A stretch of DNA of 62,585 nucleotides, counting the filler. It is 8 parts of 8 records of this genome, joined end to end, with 100 filler letters (N's around TTAATTAATTAA, not from the genome) between each part and the next. Parts side by side here need not be neighbours in the genome. Positions count along the whole stretch, not along the records: positions 35,377 to 43,939 come from SRR31147125_114820; positions 44,040 to 51,296 come from SRR31147125_114838; positions 51,397 to 56,845 come from SRR31147125_114846; 5 more parts are not named here. The stretch is one strand, 5' to 3'. Under the pieces are notes generated by a model, which was not told where the DNA came from, ran no database searches, and was given only the letters and a program-made list of their open reading frames with translations. The translations under genes were made by a program, and so were the position numbers. This document shows positions 41,579-52,416 of this stretch, in pieces; position 1 is the first letter of the stretch, and each line of letters opens with the position of its first letter.

Positions 41579-43087
41579 CTAGATAAATTTCTGGCGGATT
41601 TCAGCGCTGACGTAGTCAAGAATCGATACCGTAATCGCGATAAACCAAACCGCAATTCCCGCTGCCTTGTAGTCGAGCAGCCGGATGTACTGAACGAGCA
41701 GAAATCCGATTCCACCGCCGCCGACCATACCGATAACGGTAGACATACGCACATTGATGTCCCAGCGATAGATGGTAAAAGAGACAAAGGGCGGTATCAT
41801 CTGCGGTACAACGGCGTAGAGAATTGTCTGCAGCCTGGTTGCCCCGGTGGCCTGAATGGCCTCAATCGGGCCCGGATCGATGTTCTCAATCGCTTCCGAA
41901 TAGAGTTTTCCAAGCGCCGCGATGGTATGGATTGTCAAAGCCAGAATTCCGGCAAAAGGACCCAGCCCTACCCAGACCACGGCTATCAGGGCCCAGATCA
42001 TAGGCTCTATCGACCTCACAATATTCAGGATAGTCCTGACGATATAGTAGATGATTTTCGTCAATACTGAACCGAACATCAGGTTTCGGGCTGCCAGGAA
42101 GCTGATGGGAACCGAGATAATGATTCCGAACAGGGTGGCCATCATCCCCATGAAGATGGTTTCGATCATCAGTTCGATGGTCAGCCGCAGGGGTTCACTG
42201 GCAATCGGTCCGCCAACCTGGAAGGTCTGCCGGGCCTCAACGGTATGCACTTGCTGTCCTGCGGCACTTGGCGGGGTCAGTCTGTAGGGAATAATCAGAT
42301 CAAAGGTGAAGTTTCCATCGGCATCGGTTACCAACGAGACATATTCACGGTTCTGGCGCGGCCGGAACTCATTTCCTCCGGCATCCTTCCACCATAGCTC
42401 CGTATAAGTATTGGATTCAAACCCGCTACCGACAATAACAATGGTATCACCCGCCACCATGTCATTATTGCTGTCCAGCGTGGTCATGCGGCCGAAGTTG
42501 GGAGTTGCCGTAATATAGGGTTCGCCCGCGACAGGAGCTTCCGGAATCGGCGGATTCTCCGTATCATCCACCAGAATCTCGGCATGCGCGGTCACAAAGC
42601 GCTCATTGTAGGTGTAGGAAGCTTCCCAGGGCCATAAAATCTTTGAAAGCGGCGGCCAGGCATCAGGAAATTCCCGTGCCATTTTCACCAGATTGATTTC
42701 GCTTATCTGCCATCCGACTGCAAAGAAGAGGATAAGGATAGTTACGAAGAGCATGGTGCTGGCCCGCTGTTTGGGATGGTTGAGCAGCCAGGCGTCACGT
42801 ATATTCCACAGCCATACCAGCAGCAGTCCCGCGCAGATCAGGATCACAAAGGCAGGTGACCGCGAAAAGGCTTTGCTGAATTTTGCCATATAGGTAGTCT
42901 GCAGATGTGCCAGAAGATGTATTCTCCAGGCAATCAGCCCAATCAGGGTAATGAACGAGAGAAACAACAGAATTCCTCTACGAACTTTGCCTGCGACAAT
43001 CTGACCGAGACCGGGGATGAGCAATGAGAGGATTAAGCCAAGCACGGGATTATTACCACGTTTTTCGGAGATATAGACCGTTGTCAT
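41579..43087 (-). CDS. phnE: Phosphonate/phosphite ABC permease with extra N-terminal TMs and an extracytoplasmic domain
   Basis: RSIEP, GLGPFAGILAL, GKLYSEAIE, EAIQATGA, YRWDINVRMS, VGGGGIG. Confidence 0.85.
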   Translation of the reverse strand: MTTVYISEKRGNNPVLGLILSLLIPGLGQIVAGKVRRGILLFLSFITLIGLIAWRIHLLAHLQTTYMAKFSKAFSRSPAFVILICAGLLLVWLWNIRDAWLLNHPKQRASTMLFVTILILFFAVGWQISEINLVKMAREFPDAWPPLSKILWPWEASYTYNERFVTAHAEILVDDTENPPIPEAPVAGEPYITATPNFGRMTTLDSNNDMVAGDTIVIVGSGFESNTYTELWWKDAGGNEFRPRQNREYVSLVTDADGNFTFDLIIPYRLTPPSAAGQQVHTVEARQTFQVGGPIASEPLRLTIELMIETIFMGMMATLFGIIISVPISFLAARNLMFGSVLTKIIYYIVRTILNIVRSIEPMIWALIAVVWVGLGPFAGILALTIHTIAALGKLYSEAIENIDPGPIEAIQATGATRLQTILYAVVPQMIPPFVSFTIYRWDINVRMSTVIGMVGGGGIGFLLVQYIRLLDYKAAGIAVWFIAITVSILDYVSAEIRQKFI

Positions 43088-43875
43088 GCTTCACCTCCAC
43101 CCGTAATTGAGGCTGCGCCCACGCGTTCGGCCTCTTCACCGTATATTTCCTTGAATTCGGCATCGGTCATTTTGCGGATATCTTCTCCGGTTCCACGGTA
43201 GACAATCTCACCATCTTTCAGGCCGATTACCCTGGTGGCATAACGCTGCACCAAGTCGAGGTAGTGCAGGCTGCACATGATGGTAATTCCCCGTTCCTTA
43301 TTCAGTTTTTCAAGATACCCGAGAATGGAGTGGGCAAGAACCGGGTCCAGACTTGCTACCGGTTCATCAGCCAGAATCAGTTTTGGATCCTGCATCAGCG
43401 CCCGCGCGATACCTACACGCTGCTGCTGACCGCCGGATAGCTGATCAGCTCGTTTTCCGGCCTGGTCGGTAATTCCCACCATCTCCATGGCTTCAAGCGC
43501 TTTCCTGCGGTCATTCTCAGGAAAGCGGTACATCAAGCTGGATGCCGGATTTACATAGCCCAATCTGCCTGAGAGCACATTGGTCATGACACTGGAGCGT
43601 TTTACCAGATTGAAGTGCTGGAAAATCATGCCGATATTGCGACGTATGTAACGCAGCTCTTTGGCCTGGGCCTGACAGATATCCGAACCATCCCACAGAA
43701 TCTGGCCTTCGGTTGAATCAATCAGTCGATTGATACAGCGGAGAAGCGTGGATTTCCCGGATCCCGATAGTCCGATGACAACGAGAAATTCACCCTGCTC
43801 TACCGTAAAGTTGACCCCTTTCAGGGCCTCTGTCCCGTTCGGGTAGGTTTTTCTGAGATTTTTAAATTCCAGCAT
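43084..43875 (-). CDS. phnC: Phosphonate ABC ATP-binding protein
   Basis: GLSGSGKSTLLRCINRL, NVLSGRLG, LSGGQQQRV, ADEPVASLDP. Confidence 0.92.
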   Translation of the reverse strand: MLEFKNLRKTYPNGTEALKGVNFTVEQGEFLVVIGLSGSGKSTLLRCINRLIDSTEGQILWDGSDICQAQAKELRYIRRNIGMIFQHFNLVKRSSVMTNVLSGRLGYVNPASSLMYRFPENDRRKALEAMEMVGITDQAGKRADQLSGGQQQRVGIARALMQDPKLILADEPVASLDPVLAHSILGYLEKLNKERGITIMCSLHYLDLVQRYATRVIGLKDGEIVYRGTGEDIRKMTDAEFKEIYGEEAERVGAASITGGGEA

Positions 43876-44040
43876 GGAAGCCCCTTTTTACGAAGCGATT
43901 GTGCGCGGAAAAAGAACAATCCGCGGGTTTGGAAATATCNNNNNNNNNNNNNNNNNNNNNNNNNNNNNNNNNNNNNNNNNNNNTTAATTAATTAANNNNN
44001 NNNNNNNNNNNNNNNNNNNNNNNNNNNNNNNNNNNNNNNC

Positions 44041-44865
44041 ATGATCGTCTACGCCATCCTGGCCGAAGTCTCCATCGGCAAGATGTTCATCGCCGGAATT
44101 TTACCGGGTATTCTGCTCTCCGGGGTCTATTCGACCTATATCGTCTATCGCGGTCTGCGCAATCCCGAAATCGCTCCTCGTATGCAGGAGCGTTACAGTT
44201 GGGGTGAGCGTATCGTGGCGATGAAAGACCTGCTGCCCACATTCATCCTAATACTTATGGTGCTGGGCAGCATCTACGCCGGGGTGGCCACGCCCACAGA
44301 AGCCGCAGCGCTTGGCGTACTGGGAGCGACGATCTTTGCCTTCATCAATCGGCAGATGACGCCTGCGATCATGCTCGAATGCCTGGTGGGGGCGATCAAG
44401 ACCAATGCCATGATCATGCTCATCGTCGTCGGGGCCGGGTTCCTATCCCGGGTCATGGGGTTCCTCGGCATTCCGGCCGCATTGACCCAGGCGATTCTCG
44501 ATATGCAGCTCTCCCCCTATCTTCTCATGCTGCTGCTGGGGTTGGTTTATGTGGTGTTGGGGTGTCTGCTCGACGGCTTCTCCATTGTAGTGATGACGCT
44601 GCCCATCGCATTGCCCATGGTGACGGCGGCCGGGTTCGATCCCATTTGGTTCGGCGTCTACCTGATTCTCATGGTCGAGGTGAGCCAGATTACGCCGCCG
44701 GTCGGATTCAACCTTTTCGTGATCCAGGGCCTGACCGGGGAGCCGATTATGCGTGTTGCCGTCTACGCGCTGCCGTTCTTCTTTCTGATGCTGCTTACGA
44801 CTGTGATCTTGACCGTCTTTCCGGAGATTGTGCTGTATTTGCCGCAGCTCATGACCGTCAAGTAG
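44041..44865 (+). CDS. dctM: TRAP large permease (5' partial)
   Basis: ATPTEAAA, GFDPIWFG, ITPPVGFNLFV. Confidence 0.92.
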   Translation: MIVYAILAEVSIGKMFIAGILPGILLSGVYSTYIVYRGLRNPEIAPRMQERYSWGERIVAMKDLLPTFILILMVLGSIYAGVATPTEAAALGVLGATIFAFINRQMTPAIMLECLVGAIKTNAMIMLIVVGAGFLSRVMGFLGIPAALTQAILDMQLSPYLLMLLLGLVYVVLGCLLDGFSIVVMTLPIALPMVTAAGFDPIWFGVYLILMVEVSQITPPVGFNLFVIQGLTGEPIMRVAVYALPFFFLMLLTTVILTVFPEIVLYLPQLMTVK

Positions 44866-45007
44866 TGACCGCACACAGGCGGCATCTTGCGCTCCAGCTC
44901 GGCGTTTTCACATTTTTCCAATCCTCGACGTAGCGTCGCTACGCCTCCGGTTGGAAAAATGCTGCGGCCTTGATCTGGATCGCAAGATGCCGCCTGTGTG
45001 CGGCCAC
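44865..45007. mobile_element. TA-flanked palindromic MITE/REP-like element
   Basis: Arms gtgaccgcacacaggcggcatcttgcg / cgcaagatgccgcctgtgtgcggccac, TA on both sides, core ctcgacgtagc-gtc-gctacgcctc. Confidence 0.7.
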
Positions 45008-45082
45008 TATCCCGTGGTATAGAGCGGAGCCCATTTGGTTCTCGCGTGACCAATGTAAATAAGATGACGAGATAAGAATACG

Positions 45083-48000
45083 ATGAGCGATATCGATAAG
45101 TTCAGATTTTCCATCGATCGGGGTGGCACCTTTACCGATATTTATGCCGAGGTGCCGGGGAAACCCGGTTATCGGGTAGTCAAGTTGCTTTCTGAAGATC
45201 CTCAAAACTACGATGATGCACCCCGTGAAGGCATTCGAAGAGTTCTGGCGGAGGCGACCGGTCGCGAAATTTCTCCGGAAGATGTGGATGCCGCCCGGAT
45301 CGAATGGATCCGCATGGGCACTACCGTGGCCACCAACGCTTTGCTCGAGCGCAAGGGGGCTCGCTGCGCCCTGCTGATTACCAAAGGCTTTGGCGATATT
45401 CTTCAGATCGGCAATCAGGACCGTCCCAATATCTTCGACCTGGAGATACGCAAGCCCGATCTGCTCTTCGAAGCTGTGGTCGAGGTGGACGAGCGGCTGC
45501 GGATACTGCGCCCGGAGGAGACTGCGCCGGACGGCGAGGTGGTTAAAGGGATTACCGGCGATCATTTTGTCGTACTCGAGTCGCTGGATATCGATGCCAT
45601 GCGACCCGGCCTTCAGGAGATCTACGATAACGGCATTCGCAGCCTGGCCGTGGTATTGATGCATGCCTACGCCTGGCCCGATCACGAACTTGCCATCGGT
45701 CGACTGGCCGAAGAGATCGGATTTACCCAGGTGTCGCTCTCTTCCCAGGTGATGCCGCGTGTCAAGCTGGTGGCCAGGGGGGACACCACCATGGTCGACG
45801 CCTATCTTAACCCCCATATCCGAAGCTACCTTGAGAGTTTCCGAAAAGGATTCCGGAAAGACCTGGCCGGGACACGGTTGCTCTTTATGCAGTCGGACGG
45901 CGGTCTGGCCCAGGCCGGTGCTTTCACCGGCAGCCGGGCAATCCTCTCAGGTCCGGCCGGCGGCGTGGTGGGGTATGCCATGACCACGTTCGAATACACC
46001 CAGGGCAAGCCGGCTATCGGTTTCGACATGGGCGGAACGTCCACTGATGTCTCCCGTTTCGGCGGCGATTACGAACTGGTTTTCGAAACTGAAACCGCCG
46101 GGGTGCGCATTCAGGCGCCGCAGCTCCATATCAAGACCGTGGCGGCCGGCGGCGGCAGCCGCCTCTTCTTCGAAAACAACATGTTCATGGTGGGGCCGGA
46201 GTCTGCCGGTGCACATCCGGGGCCGGTCTGCTACCGGAAAGGCGGTCCCCTGGCGGTTACCGATGCCAATCTGGTGCTGGGGCGATTGCAGCCCAAATAC
46301 TTCCCTCATATTTTCGGCTCCACCGAAGACCTCTCACTGGATTTCGAGGAAAGCCAGACGGCCATGCAAAAGATGGCCGAGCGCATTAACGCTTATTACC
46401 AATCCAAGGGATTGCCTGAACTAACCGTGGAACAGGTGGCGCTGGGATTCGTACAGGTGGCCAACGAAGTGATGGCACGTGCTATTCGCGAAATTTCGGT
46501 GATGCGCGGGTTCGACATCAAAGAGCACGTTTTGGCAACCTTCGGGGGAGCCGGTCCTCAACATGCCTGTTCGATTGCCCGTGCCCTGGGTATCAGGGAA
46601 ATATTTATCCATCGCTATGCCGGTATCCTTTCAGCATACGGCATGGGGCTTGCCGATGTGGTGGTCGATCGTCAGAAACCGTCGTCCGCAGTATATGGAC
46701 CTCAGGTTCTCGACGATGTCGAAAGTGAGTTTGGTCAATTGCGCAGGCAAGCTTACGCAGATCTACTCGACCAGGGGTTCGACCGGGAGAGTGTTGAGAG
46801 CACCTGTTTTTTGAATCTACGTTACGACGGCACCGACACGGCCATGATGATTGCACAGCCGCCTGACAACGACTATGCCCGGGTGCTTCGGGATACCTAT
46901 CTGAGAGAGTTCGGGTTCGACCTGAGCGGCCGCGATATTCTCATCGACGATATCCGTGTAAGGGCTATGGGCAAAAGTGCCGGTTTGCGAAAAATCGCCA
47001 TTGTCGAGGCCCAGGGAGAGGTGGAGCCGTTGGAAATGGTATCATGCTATTTTGAAGAAGGGTTGCTGCCAACGGCGGTTTACGATCTCAAATGGTTGGG
47101 CGCAGGTCAGCGTATTCAGGGGCCGGCTCTGATCATCCATGATACGGCGACCATTTTGGTGGAACCCAACTGCTCGGCGGAGATCACCACCTATGGCGAC
47201 GTGGCCGTGCAGGTCGGCAGCCGCAATGCCCTGGACGTGGGAACAGAGGTCGACCCGATTCAGCTCTCCATCTTCAGCAATCTCTTCATGTCCATTGCCG
47301 AGCAGATGGGGCGCATGCTGCAGAAAACGGCTATCTCAACCAACATCAAAGAGCGCCTCGATTTCTCCTGCGCCCTGTTCGGTCCCCAGGGCGAACTGGT
47401 GGCCAACGCCCCGCATGTGCCGGTCCACCTGGGCGCAATGAGTGAGGCGGTCAAGGAGCAGATCCGTCGCAGGGCGGGAGATCTCCATCCGGGCGACGTG
47501 CTGGTCTCCAACCATCCGGCGGCGGGCGGCAGCCATTTGCCGGACATCACTGTGATTACGCCGGTATTTAAAGAGAAGGAGATTATCTTCTGGGTGGCCG
47601 CACGCGGCCATCATGCCGACATCGGCGGGATTTCTCCCGGTTCGATGCCGCCGAACTCCAGGCGGATCGAAGAGGAGGGCGCCTGCATCTTCTCTTTTAA
47701 ACTGGTGGAGAACGGGCGTTTCCAGGAAGAGGGGATTCGCGAACTGCTGCTGGCGCCGGGAGATATTACACCCGCACCGGGCCGTCCCAAAATTGGCGGC
47801 AGCCGCCGGCTCGAAGACAACATTTCAGACCTCAAGGCCCAGGTGGCTGCCAACCAGAAGGGCATCGAACTGGTGCAGGAGATGGTGGACCACTACGGTC
47901 TGGAGGTGGTGCAGGCATATATGAGGCACGTTCAGGACGCCGCCGAAGATGCGGTGCGGTCACGGCTGCGGGAGCTCTCCCAGGCCAACGGCATGGCCGA

Positions 48001-48838
48001 GGTCGATACGGTTTGTGCCGTGGACTACCTGGATGACGGAAGCACCATTGCATTGGCCTTGACCATTGATCGCCCCAACGGCAGTGCGGTGCTCGATTTT
48101 ACCGGCACCGGGCCGGAAATCTGGGGCAACTGCAATGCGCCCAAGGCGGTAACCACCTCGGCCGTGCTCTACTGTCTGCGTTGTCTGATCGAAAAGGAGC
48201 TGCCCCTCAACCATGGCTGCCTGATTCCGATCCGAATCAACGTCCCCAAAGGCTCGCTGCTCGATCCATCGCCGGATGCGGCCGTGGTGGGCGGCAACGT
48301 GCTCACCTCCCAGCGGGTGGTGGATGTGATTCTCAAAGCCTTTGGCGTGGCAGCCGCTTCCCAGGGGTGCATGAACAATTTCACGTTTGGCAACGATCGC
48401 TTCGGGTACTACGAAACCATTGGCGGCGGTGCCGGCGCAGGACCTACATGGCACGGCCAGAGCGGTGTGCACACCCACATGACCAACACGCGTATCACTG
48501 ATCCCGAGATCCTGGAGCGTCGCTATCCGATCATGCTGCGCGAGTTCGCCCTGCGACGGGACTCCGGGGGCAAGGGGCGTTTCAACGGCGGAGAGGGGCT
48601 TGCCCGTGAAGTGGAGTTTCTGGACCAGCTCAATGTGGCCATCCTTTCCGAACGGCGGGTCTTTGCCCCATACGGCCTGGAGGGAGGGGCGCCAGGCGGT
48701 CGTGGGGTCAATCTCTTCCACCGCAACGACGGCCGGGTGATCAACCTGGGGGCCAAAAACGAGATCCTGGCCCAGCCCGGAGAACGGCTGCAGATCCTGA
48801 CGCCGGGCGGCGGCGGGTACGGCAAGCCCGAGGAGTGA
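45083..48838 (+). CDS. oplA: 5-oxoprolinase (ATP-hydrolysing), fused hydantoinase A/B type
   Basis: [80 protein letters not shown]. Confidence 0.93.
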   Translation: MSDIDKFRFSIDRGGTFTDIYAEVPGKPGYRVVKLLSEDPQNYDDAPREGIRRVLAEATGREISPEDVDAARIEWIRMGTTVATNALLERKGARCALLITKGFGDILQIGNQDRPNIFDLEIRKPDLLFEAVVEVDERLRILRPEETAPDGEVVKGITGDHFVVLESLDIDAMRPGLQEIYDNGIRSLAVVLMHAYAWPDHELAIGRLAEEIGFTQVSLSSQVMPRVKLVARGDTTMVDAYLNPHIRSYLESFRKGFRKDLAGTRLLFMQSDGGLAQAGAFTGSRAILSGPAGGVVGYAMTTFEYTQGKPAIGFDMGGTSTDVSRFGGDYELVFETETAGVRIQAPQLHIKTVAAGGGSRLFFENNMFMVGPESAGAHPGPVCYRKGGPLAVTDANLVLGRLQPKYFPHIFGSTEDLSLDFEESQTAMQKMAERINAYYQSKGLPELTVEQVALGFVQVANEVMARAIREISVMRGFDIKEHVLATFGGAGPQHACSIARALGIREIFIHRYAGILSAYGMGLADVVVDRQKPSSAVYGPQVLDDVESEFGQLRRQAYADLLDQGFDRESVESTCFLNLRYDGTDTAMMIAQPPDNDYARVLRDTYLREFGFDLSGRDILIDDIRVRAMGKSAGLRKIAIVEAQGEVEPLEMVSCYFEEGLLPTAVYDLKWLGAGQRIQGPALIIHDTATILVEPNCSAEITTYGDVAVQVGSRNALDVGTEVDPIQLSIFSNLFMSIAEQMGRMLQKTAISTNIKERLDFSCALFGPQGELVANAPHVPVHLGAMSEAVKEQIRRRAGDLHPGDVLVSNHPAAGGSHLPDITVITPVFKEKEIIFWVAARGHHADIGGISPGSMPPNSRRIEEEGACIFSFKLVENGRFQEEGIRELLLAPGDITPAPGRPKIGGSRRLEDNISDLKAQVAANQKGIELVQEMVDHYGLEVVQAYMRHVQDAAEDAVRSRLRELSQANGMAEVDTVCAVDYLDDGSTIALALTIDRPNGSAVLDFTGTGPEIWGNCNAPKAVTTSAVLYCLRCLIEKELPLNHGCLIPIRINVPKGSLLDPSPDAAVVGGNVLTSQRVVDVILKAFGVAAASQGCMNNFTFGNDRFGYYETIGGGAGAGPTWHGQSGVHTHMTNTRITDPEILERRYPIMLREFALRRDSGGKGRFNGGEGLAREVEFLDQLNVAILSERRVFAPYGLEGGAPGGRGVNLFHRNDGRVINLGAKNEILAQPGERLQILTPGGGGYGKPEE

Positions 48839-48895
48839 TTCGGCACCTGGGATGCCTCGTTTGTTTCCTGTACGTATCGGTGGTATGCTCGTCCA

Positions 48896-49261
48896 ATGAA
48901 CAACAGTCGGCTGGTATATTCCACGGAGAGCGGGCGCATCTGCCCGCAATGCAATCGGCAGGCCGCCGAATGCAGGTGTAAGAAGAAAAAGGCAACCCCC
49001 TCTACGTCCCCCTTTCCCGATGATGGCAATGTGCGCATTCGTCGCGAGAAACAGGGCCGCAAAGGTAAAACCGTGACGGCCGTTTATGGTTTGACGTCTG
49101 CCGGAGGGGACTTGGCCGATACCGCTCGATCCTTGAAACGCATGTGCGGCACCGGCGGTTCGACGAAGGAGGGCGCTATTTTTATCCAGGGCGATCATCG
49201 GAACGCCATACAGGACGAGCTCCGGAAACAGGGATACAACGTCAAGATAGCTGGTGGTTGA
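48896..49261 (+). CDS. yciH: Translation initiation factor SUI1-family protein
   Basis: LVYSTE, GRKGKTVT, LK..CGTGGS.K, IQGDHR, AGG. Confidence 0.92.
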   Translation: MNNSRLVYSTESGRICPQCNRQAAECRCKKKKATPSTSPFPDDGNVRIRREKQGRKGKTVTAVYGLTSAGGDLADTARSLKRMCGTGGSTKEGAIFIQGDHRNAIQDELRKQGYNVKIAGG

Positions 49262-49286
49262 GCATCACTTGAAAAGGGGAGGGATC

Positions 49287-49556
49287 ATGTCACTGTTCGA
49301 AATCGCCTTGGTCATATCCGCAATTTTCGCCATGTACAACCTGCAGCAAGTCAAGATCACTTTGAAACAGAAGGGATATGATGTGGAGATGCTTTCAGGC
49401 TGGTTGAAAGACCACCGGCAGTTCAAATCCCTGATCCAATCTGAGAAGGATGATAAGACGAAGATAAAATATCAGCAAACCCTGAATGGCCTTTACTTCT
49501 CTCTATTCGGAATCGTTCTATTTGGTTTCCTGGTGATACAAGACAGGATGGCATAG
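49287..49556 (+). CDS. Hypothetical small membrane protein
   Basis: GGGAGG RBS; two hydrophobic helices. Confidence 0.6.
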   Translation: MSLFEIALVISAIFAMYNLQQVKITLKQKGYDVEMLSGWLKDHRQFKSLIQSEKDDKTKIKYQQTLNGLYFSLFGIVLFGFLVIQDRMA

Positions 49557-49559
49557 GTT

Positions 49560-49943
49560 CTATCCTTTTCGAATCAGACCTATTGCAAGAAGCAGCCAAG
49601 CCGCAATCAGTGCGGTACCCCCAAACGGCGTAATGATGCCCAGCCAACGTATGCCGGTTATGGCCAACAGATAGAGCGAGCCTGAGAAAATTGTCATGCC
49701 GCCAATCATCATCCAGCCGGCTGTTCGAACTGTTGCAGCCTTTGGTCTGAAGAAAGTGGCCTGCACGACTGCGAAAAGGCCGATCGAATGCACGAGGTGG
49801 TAGAGCACCGCCGTTTGATAGACCGCAAACATGTTTGGAGCCAATCCCCCACGCAGTGCGTGCGCGCCGAAGGCGCCCAGGCCGATGGCCAGGGCCATGC
49901 TGATGGCGCCGGTTACGGCAAAGGTTTTAGGTATTTGGTCCAT
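49560..49943 (-). CDS. DUF423 (YgdD/TMEM256) membrane protein
   Basis: LGAFGAH, TAVLYHLVHS, IFSGSLY, ITPFGG. Confidence 0.92.
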   Translation of the reverse strand: MDQIPKTFAVTGAISMALAIGLGAFGAHALRGGLAPNMFAVYQTAVLYHLVHSIGLFAVVQATFFRPKAATVRTAGWMMIGGMTIFSGSLYLLAITGIRWLGIITPFGGTALIAAWLLLAIGLIRKG

Positions 49944-50139
49944 AGCTTGTTTGTAGTCTAGCGGCGGAAAATAAACGGAAAAAAGGTCGTCGGCGGGGCG
50001 TTAAACCACCATTGCCCCTGGCAAACGTTATATTGCACTTGAAGAGGTGTGTGCTTAGGTTTATGTTCAGCTTTCTGGGAAGAGGTGATCGGTTCCTATT
50101 CAGCGACAACGGACCATTAAAAGTAAGGACCTTCAGGTT

Positions 50140-50877
50140 ATGTTTCCTCATGGACATCGGACAATATCGGGATTTGGCGCACCGCTGACCCCCATCGGCA
50201 AGAATATGCTGATCGCTTACGCATCCATTTATGTCGTGCAGTTGATCTGCGAACACTGGCTCGGCATTCCCCTCTATCGATGGTTGGCGTTGTGGCCATT
50301 CGGCAGCGGGAATTTTAACATTATCCAGTTGCTCACCCATCCGCTGCTTCACAATCCAGGTGCTCCCATCGGCTTTTTACTCAACTGTCTGATCTTCTAT
50401 TTCTTTGCCGGGACCATCGAAAATGCCCTGGGCACCCGGCGGTTTATCACCTTGTATGCGATTGCCGCATATGGCGGTGCTTTGATTGGCCTGTTGTTCA
50501 GCTCCATCGCAGCCTTTGGGGTGCCCTTTTCCGGTATGATGCCCAGTCTGCTGACCCTGATCGTCGTTTTTGGACTGCTGCGGCCTGAGGCCACGGTCCT
50601 GCTCATGTTCGTCATTCCGATCAAAGCCAAATACATCAGCTACGGAACCGTTATCGTCACCTTCCTGACCTTTCTGGCCAAGGCCAATGTGCACGGGGCT
50701 TACCACTTGGGCGGCATTCTTCTGGGATATCTCTACTTCCGGTCTCCCGGCCAATGGCTCAGTGTCAACTACTGGCAGTGGAAGTATTTTAACCTGAAAC
50801 AGAAACGGCGCCGTTCGCGTTTCACTGTTGTCGATAAAAAAGACAACGACGATGACGACCGCCCCACCATCCATTAA
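50140..50877 (+). CDS. Rhomboid-family membrane protein
   Basis: QLLTHPLLH, IENALG.RRF..LY, PIKAKY, AYHLGG; the GxSG motif is altered (FSGMMP). Confidence 0.75.
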   Translation: MFPHGHRTISGFGAPLTPIGKNMLIAYASIYVVQLICEHWLGIPLYRWLALWPFGSGNFNIIQLLTHPLLHNPGAPIGFLLNCLIFYFFAGTIENALGTRRFITLYAIAAYGGALIGLLFSSIAAFGVPFSGMMPSLLTLIVVFGLLRPEATVLLMFVIPIKAKYISYGTVIVTFLTFLAKANVHGAYHLGGILLGYLYFRSPGQWLSVNYWQWKYFNLKQKRRRSRFTVVDKKDNDDDDRPTIH

Positions 50878-50884
50878 CGATCCA

Positions 50885-51296
50885 ATGACTGGTGATATCA
50901 GGACGCGGGCTTTTATCGGGCACGACGATGTCGTCGGCCTTAACTTCATCAAAAGCGATGCCCCCTACCACTTCAGGCGCCACTTCCGTCAGGGGTTGCG
51001 CTCCCATGTGATGGAGGTGCTGCGCCCTGCCGATATCGATGTGGAGAAATTCGGGATCAGCAGCGATGGCATCAGGCGCTTCCCGAGGGCCAGGCCGATC
51101 CGCATCTTCAGGCTGTTTCGCACCCGGCTGTCGAACGTGGCAGAGGCCCTCGCAGAGATTGGCCGGGTTAAACTGGTCGAACGTTACCTGGCCCCGGGCT
51201 ATCTGGCGCGTTCCAATGAGTTCATCGTTGACTATGAGGCGCCCGAAGGGAGTGCGCCGCTGCTTTGCGGTCTTCAGGAGTATGTGGAGGGAGAGA
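50885..51296 (+). CDS. Hypothetical protein (3' partial)
   Basis: Open frame from ATG 50885 to the contig edge. Confidence 0.55.
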
Positions 51297-51396
51297 NNNN
51301 NNNNNNNNNNNNNNNNNNNNNNNNNNNNNNNNNNNNNNNNTTAATTAATTAANNNNNNNNNNNNNNNNNNNNNNNNNNNNNNNNNNNNNNNNNNNN

Positions 51397-52388
51397 TTTC
51401 GGGTAAATGTAACCTGGGCTGTAGAATAATCGATGATATAATCATTGGATTCACCTCGTACCATTCTGGTACCATCAATGTACACTCGCTCTGTTCCGGC
51501 CAGCAAAATAATGTCAATCTGACCGAGATCACCCTTTAATTGATAGGGGCCCTGATTACCTTCCTGGCCCATAAACTGCATGGATCGATACTTACCCCGT
51601 GACACAGCTCCGGAAACAACGATCTCAAAATTTTCCCTTTCCGCTTTTCCCATTGCTCCTTGCAATTTCCGATTGTACCTGGCAAACTGAGAATCACCAA
51701 AATCCAGATAATAATCTCCCATGGTTGCAGATAAATTAGGAGCTTTAATCTGAACATAGACCTTGTCAATTTCATTCAGGTTCTGAGTCGTGCCTTCAGG
51801 CTGAATTGGCGTTGTTTGATCGGTCAGCGCTGCGATCACTTCCACATTTTCGGCGACTTTGCCGCTCACATTGAGATTTAAACTGGAATTGACCTTTAAG
51901 CCTCGATTGGAACCGACTGTAACACCGCGTGTAATACTACCACTTTTGCTCAGCCGGGCAGCATAGTCCTGCCCTGGTTCTGTTTCACCTGCCTGAATAG
52001 TTGACTCTGTTCTTTCAGATGGTTCTCCAAACAGATGACGTACCAGTGGTCTATGAGCGTATACTTTTTCTACCTGATAGGGTAATATTTTGTAAATAAT
52101 TCGGATTGGAGCCCCCATGGGCACAGATTCGCTAAATCGAATTTCACCATCAATATAGTTCATCTGATAGGAAGATTTTGGCTGACTTTTCCCGTTTATA
52201 AATATCTGTTCGGAATCTTTAATGAGGATGCTATCTGGAAGGAAATAGGGACCTTTTTCTCCTTCACCAAGAATGAGTAAATCTTTCTCATATAAACTAA
52301 TTGATTCAATTTTGCCGCTCGATTGAGCAAAAAGAGGATAGCTTAATAGCAAAAGATAAAATACAATGAAGCGTCGTCTCTTAATCAA
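51397..52388 (-). CDS. Large secreted/outer-membrane hypothetical protein, FCB-group type (3' partial)
   Basis: Signal peptide; GSITRGVTVG, LNLNVSGK, PIQPEGTTQ, GQEGNQGPY, YIIDY motifs. Confidence 0.7.
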
Positions 52389-52416
52389 ACATATTCTTCC
52401 TGAAATTTTCGCGATT

